NCBI RefSeq assembly: GCF_000039765.1
Contig: NC_004460.2
Coordinates: 360,001-392,000 of the forward strand
DNA from: Vibrio vulnificus CMCP6
GTDB lineage: Bacteria; Pseudomonadota; Gammaproteobacteria; Enterobacterales; Vibrionaceae
Direction of reading: 5' to 3'
DNA length: 32,000 nt
This document shows positions 28,645 to 32,000 of the stretch, piece after piece. The notes below the pieces were generated by a model. That model worked only from the letters and a program-made list of their open reading frames with translations, was not told the origin of the DNA and did no database searches. Both the position numbers and the translations under genes were made by a program. Positions within the stretch are counted from its first letter, which is position 1, and every line of letters starts with the position of its first letter.

Positions 28645-31479
28645 TTAAAACTGACCCGCCACCGAGAAGAAGAACTGATCTTTACCCAGTTCCGAATCAA
28701 AGCCATGGGCATACCCTAAGGTGATCGGCAGCACGAGATTGTACCCCAGACGCGTTTCAACCGTGACTGACAAACCCGCTCCACTCAGCTGATTTCTTGT
28801 CGTTTTTTCACTCCAAGCCGTCCCTGAGTCGGCGAACACCGAAGCTGAAATATCACCCAAACCAATTGGGTAAAGCCCCCAGTTGCGCTCTACGCGTGCT
28901 AACCACGTGGTTGCCGTCAGTCGCTGTGTGAAATAACGATCGCCTCTTTGCACATTTTCATCATATCCCCTTAGAGACTGTGACTCACGGCCAAACAGGG
29001 CATGTTCGTCACTTTGATCAGAGCCGCCTAAACGGAAAGGCTTGGCTTTTTCATCCGCATAGCCACCCGCAAGTCGAAGTGATAATGTGCTTCTTCCAGG
29101 CAAATCGAATGTCATTTGCCACTGCGCCTGAAACTTCTCCCCTTGGTAGTCGCTGCTTAGCCAGTCGTTAGTTTCCACAACCGCATCGAGGTAATGCCCC
29201 CAACCTACTCCAGGCACATTAAGATAGCTTTCGCGATTATCAAAAGTGACGGCCAGCCCTACCAAGCTTTCTTCTTGCTCTCGATACGGCGTGATCGCAC
29301 CAAAAGATGGCGCTTTCGCTTCTGAGTCTTTATCCCAGTAAACGCCCGCAGCAACACTGAGTTGGTCTTCAAAAGCCGTAAAAATGTGATTACGTTGGAT
29401 CAACGCACTGTCACTTTGTTCTATTCGATAGCTCTCTGCCGTACCTTGCTTAAACGTGGTGAAATCGTGTGTACGCGATGCTTGAACGAGCCAACGCGAA
29501 TCATACAAATACCCCAAATTGAACTGTGCAAGATCGTTTTCAAAATCCCATGACAAACCCAATTGATATTGATGACGACTTAATGCATCGGCACCGTTAA
29601 TGATGAAACCGGCTAATTTTTGATTTTCATCTTGAGCTGCAATCGGCAACCACGTTCTTGGGCGCAAGCTGGACCAAGGAGAGTAGTCACTGATCTCACT
29701 TTTTTCCGCTACCTGCTCAACGGGATCGACATAATGATACTGGCCATCTTTGTCGGCAACCGTGAAAGTGGTCACTGGTACCTTGTCCGATTTTTCTTTC
29801 AAGGTATAGCCGTTGGCATCATACGATTGATAAACAAAACCTGAATCACGGCGGGTTTGTGGTGTAAACGCGCCACCCACTTCACGGGTCAACTGCTTTA
29901 TTTCGCCAGACACTATGTCGAGCGAGTAGATGTTAAACACACCGTCGTAATCGGCGCTAAACAGCACTTCACCATCAGAGGTAAATGCCGGTGAATTTTC
30001 GACGGCACGAGATTGCGTTAACGGGGTCCATTGCAACGCGGCTAAGTCAAATTTTTCAAGGTTCCAACCTTCACTCGATCGTTTGACACTTGCTACGATA
30101 AAACGACCATCGTGAGACACGGCAAATCCACCTAACACGTCACCAATCGTGCCTTGCCAAATTTGCTGACCGATTTCTGGTTGTTGCGCATCCATTAACC
30201 AAAGTTCACTGAGACCATTCACCTTACGTGTGGCTAAGTAGCGCTGGCCATCAGGGAGCCATTTAGCGCTGCGAAAACGCTGCTTCTCTGTCAACGCTTG
30301 CCAACGATCATCTTGATAAAGATAAACATCGCTCAGCACGCGGCCATCTGCATAAGCGATAGAACGCGTCGCCAGCACCCCACTTTGAGGATGGAAATCG
30401 AGCGAGTTGATGTTTTTCGTTTTAGTCAGTGAGTCTCCCGCGCGCTCATCACTGCCATCGCCTAACAACATCAGTTCACTCGCATCATCACCATTGTCGA
30501 CATTAACCAAAACACCATGGTCCGTTGCGGTAAACACTTGCATAAATGGGGCGGTATATTTCCCCTCACCAATGACGGCTTGCTCCATCATGGTGGCAAG
30601 ATCGCCTTGGTATTTCTCATATATATGAGCTTGGAAATCAGACCAAAGCTGTTCAAAATCCTTCCCAAACGTTTTTCTCGCCGTGCTGTTGAGCAAAAAG
30701 AACGGAATAAGCTTGCGGCTGTAACCCTGCAAAAATTCTTGCACCTTAGCATCACCATAGCTATCGGCTAGGTATTGCACGAAATAGGCACCGTACAAAT
30801 AGTTGTAGCCTAGCGGCCATTCTCTTGCTGCCACGGCAACTTGGTTGAGATCTTTCACGTCACCAGAGGCGACTTCCATTCTCATTTCCATGTCATAACC
30901 AGAGCCTTGCAAGCGCCCATAGCCAGCTTGTTCATTGGTTTCCAGATAAACCGCAAGCCCTTCGAGCATAAAAGAAGGCGTCATGAGGTGAGGATAAAGA
31001 AATGGGTTGCGACCAAATATTTTACGAAAAACGTTGACCGCGCCGCCGCCCATTTCCATGTGCATGATATGCGCGTACTCATGCTTAATGAGGAGATGCA
31101 TCCACTCATCGTTATTTTCCAAGCCATTTGCTTCATCTGGTGGACTCATAATCAAACGAATTTGTGGATAAGGCACCACCGTCGCCCAACCGTTTGAATA
31201 GTCCACCTCATCGACCAACACCAATTCTGTTTTTTCTTTCGGCTCGTAACCAAAGTATGGCACCAGTTCTTTATGGGATTGTTCAGCCAAATCAAGCGCT
31301 CTTGCGGCTTGCTTTTCATGGCCATTTCTAAAGTGGATAACAAAGTGATCCGTCGATTGAGTTAACCATGTCTCGTTTGCTTGATCCCAAGCGACAGATT
31401 GCGCGTAGGCTTGAGAAGGAGTCCCTGCCCCCAAAGCGAATAGCGCGGCAAGTGAAAGTGCGAGCGGCGTATATTTCAT
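28645..31479 (-). CDS. Large exported protein: gluzincin-type (HEYAH) peptidase domain, TolB/WD40-like beta-propeller, C-terminal outer-membrane beta-barrel
   Basis: Signal peptide (MKYTPLALSLAALFALGAGTPSQAYA), LLKHEYAHIMH...MLEGLAVYLE, propeller-like repeats, C-terminal barrel strands ending ...DQFFFSVAGQF. ATG at 31479 preferred over 31536. Confidence 0.85.
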   Translation of the reverse strand: MKYTPLALSLAALFALGAGTPSQAYAQSVAWDQANETWLTQSTDHFVIHFRNGHEKQAARALDLAEQSHKELVPYFGYEPKEKTELVLVDEVDYSNGWATVVPYPQIRLIMSPPDEANGLENNDEWMHLLIKHEYAHIMHMEMGGGAVNVFRKIFGRNPFLYPHLMTPSFMLEGLAVYLETNEQAGYGRLQGSGYDMEMRMEVASGDVKDLNQVAVAAREWPLGYNYLYGAYFVQYLADSYGDAKVQEFLQGYSRKLIPFFLLNSTARKTFGKDFEQLWSDFQAHIYEKYQGDLATMMEQAVIGEGKYTAPFMQVFTATDHGVLVNVDNGDDASELMLLGDGSDERAGDSLTKTKNINSLDFHPQSGVLATRSIAYADGRVLSDVYLYQDDRWQALTEKQRFRSAKWLPDGQRYLATRKVNGLSELWLMDAQQPEIGQQIWQGTIGDVLGGFAVSHDGRFIVASVKRSSEGWNLEKFDLAALQWTPLTQSRAVENSPAFTSDGEVLFSADYDGVFNIYSLDIVSGEIKQLTREVGGAFTPQTRRDSGFVYQSYDANGYTLKEKSDKVPVTTFTVADKDGQYHYVDPVEQVAEKSEISDYSPWSSLRPRTWLPIAAQDENQKLAGFIINGADALSRHQYQLGLSWDFENDLAQFNLGYLYDSRWLVQASRTHDFTTFKQGTAESYRIEQSDSALIQRNHIFTAFEDQLSVAAGVYWDKDSEAKAPSFGAITPYREQEESLVGLAVTFDNRESYLNVPGVGWGHYLDAVVETNDWLSSDYQGEKFQAQWQMTFDLPGRSTLSLRLAGGYADEKAKPFRLGGSDQSDEHALFGRESQSLRGYDENVQRGDRYFTQRLTATTWLARVERNWGLYPIGLGDISASVFADSGTAWSEKTTRNQLSGAGLSVTVETRLGYNLVLPITLGYAHGFDSELGKDQFFFSVAGQF

Positions 31480-31678
31480 AGATAATTTTCCATCAGTGCA
31501 CATAGATAAAATGAATAGAACCAAGTTAATGTACACTGTTTTATTGATTATTCATGTCCCTATTTGTATGGGAATGTATAGAGCAATCAAAAAGATGACA
31601 ACGTGCGAGCCCCTAAGAGTAGAGCAAACTCTCACGAATCAATTGAAAAAAGGAAAAAGATGAAAAGTGCTTAAATGC

Positions 31679-31708
31679 AAAAAGCCGACACTGAGTGTCG
31701 GCTTTTCT
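31679..31708 (-). terminator. Rho-independent terminator of tRNA-Cys
   Basis: AAAGCCGACAC-TGA-GTGTCGGCTTT perfect stem immediately 3' of the tRNA. Confidence 0.88.
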
Positions 31709-31714
31709 AAATAA

Positions 31715-31788
31715 TGGAGGCGCGTCCCGGAGTCGAACCGAGGTCCACGGATTTGCAATCCGCTGCATAGCCCCTCTGCCAACGCGCC
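31715..31788 (-). tRNA. tRNA-Cys (anticodon GCA), CCA encoded
   Basis: Reverse strand GGCGCGTTGGCAGAGGGGCTATGCAGCGGATTGCAAATCCGTGGACCTCGGTTCGAGTCCGGGACGCGCCTCCA, 74 nt, cloverleaf with TTGCAAA anticodon loop. Confidence 0.96.
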
Positions 31789-31948
31789 TTACTGTGTTGC
31801 CCGTGCTTGTCTCGGGAACGGGGTGCACTTTAACGTATTCTCATGAGAGATCAACTAATAATTTCGTTTCTTTGTGTTGATTGGACAATATCGGATCGAT
31901 TTGTTGCTTTGTCATACAAAGTGGTTTTAAAGCTGCCGACTCTCTTAT

Positions 31949-32000
31949 CTAGGCTCTAGGCTCTAGGCTCTAGGTTCTAGGTTCTAGGTTCTAGGTTCTA
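31949..32000. repeat. 7-bp tandem repeat array (CTAGGCT)3(CTAGGTT)4 CTA, truncated by window edge
   Basis: Direct reading of uninterrupted heptamers from 31949 to the window end, with a C-to-T unit switch at 31970. Confidence 0.95.

Noticed and set aside
31613-31880. ORFs spanning the tRNA-Cys region on both strands
   Set aside because: They overlap the tRNA and its terminator; translations look like typical tRNA read-through artefacts.
1-32000. CRISPR arrays, phage genes, transposases, toxin-antitoxin or defence systems
   Set aside because: Scanned both strands and all provided ORFs; found no repeat-spacer structure, integrase, transposase or recognisable defence protein. The NYN protein is the only nuclease-like gene and has no paired antitoxin ORF.

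Overview
The window looks like an ordinary Vibrio-type chromosomal segment; species is inferred from gene content only. I found no phage, transposase, CRISPR or obvious defence island. Left to right it carries: a truncated ArsR-like regulator divergent from DUF2892 and CoA-disulfide-reductase/rhodanese genes (persulfide handling); an exported DUF1800/DUF1501 pair; a second FabH-type KAS III divergent from trxC; an MFS transporter; an AraC regulator divergent from a MATE exporter; a small Cys-rich nitrous-oxide-stimulated-promoter-family protein; DUF2986; a Cache-type MCP; a Dcu-type C4-dicarboxylate transporter; a six-gene TonB operon (DUF3450, TtpC-like, ExbB, ExbD, TonB, TPR); a NYN/LabA-like nuclease; DUF4174; a nirB-nirD-nitrite transporter-cobA cluster; a PAS-containing Aer-like MCP; a large gluzincin peptidase/beta-propeller/outer-membrane-barrel protein; tRNA-Cys(GCA); and a CTAG-rich heptamer tandem array running off the right edge. 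The best leads are (1) the HEYAH protease/propeller/barrel fusion, (2) two identical-geometry ATTAG-N6-CTAAT operators between the ArsR-like gene and the persulfide genes, (3) a nirB promoter whose FNR/NarP-like site geometry matches the classical enterobacterial arrangement, (4) a Fur-box-like element upstream of the TonB operon, (5) the DUF1800/DUF1501 exported pair, and (6) the CTAG heptamer array.
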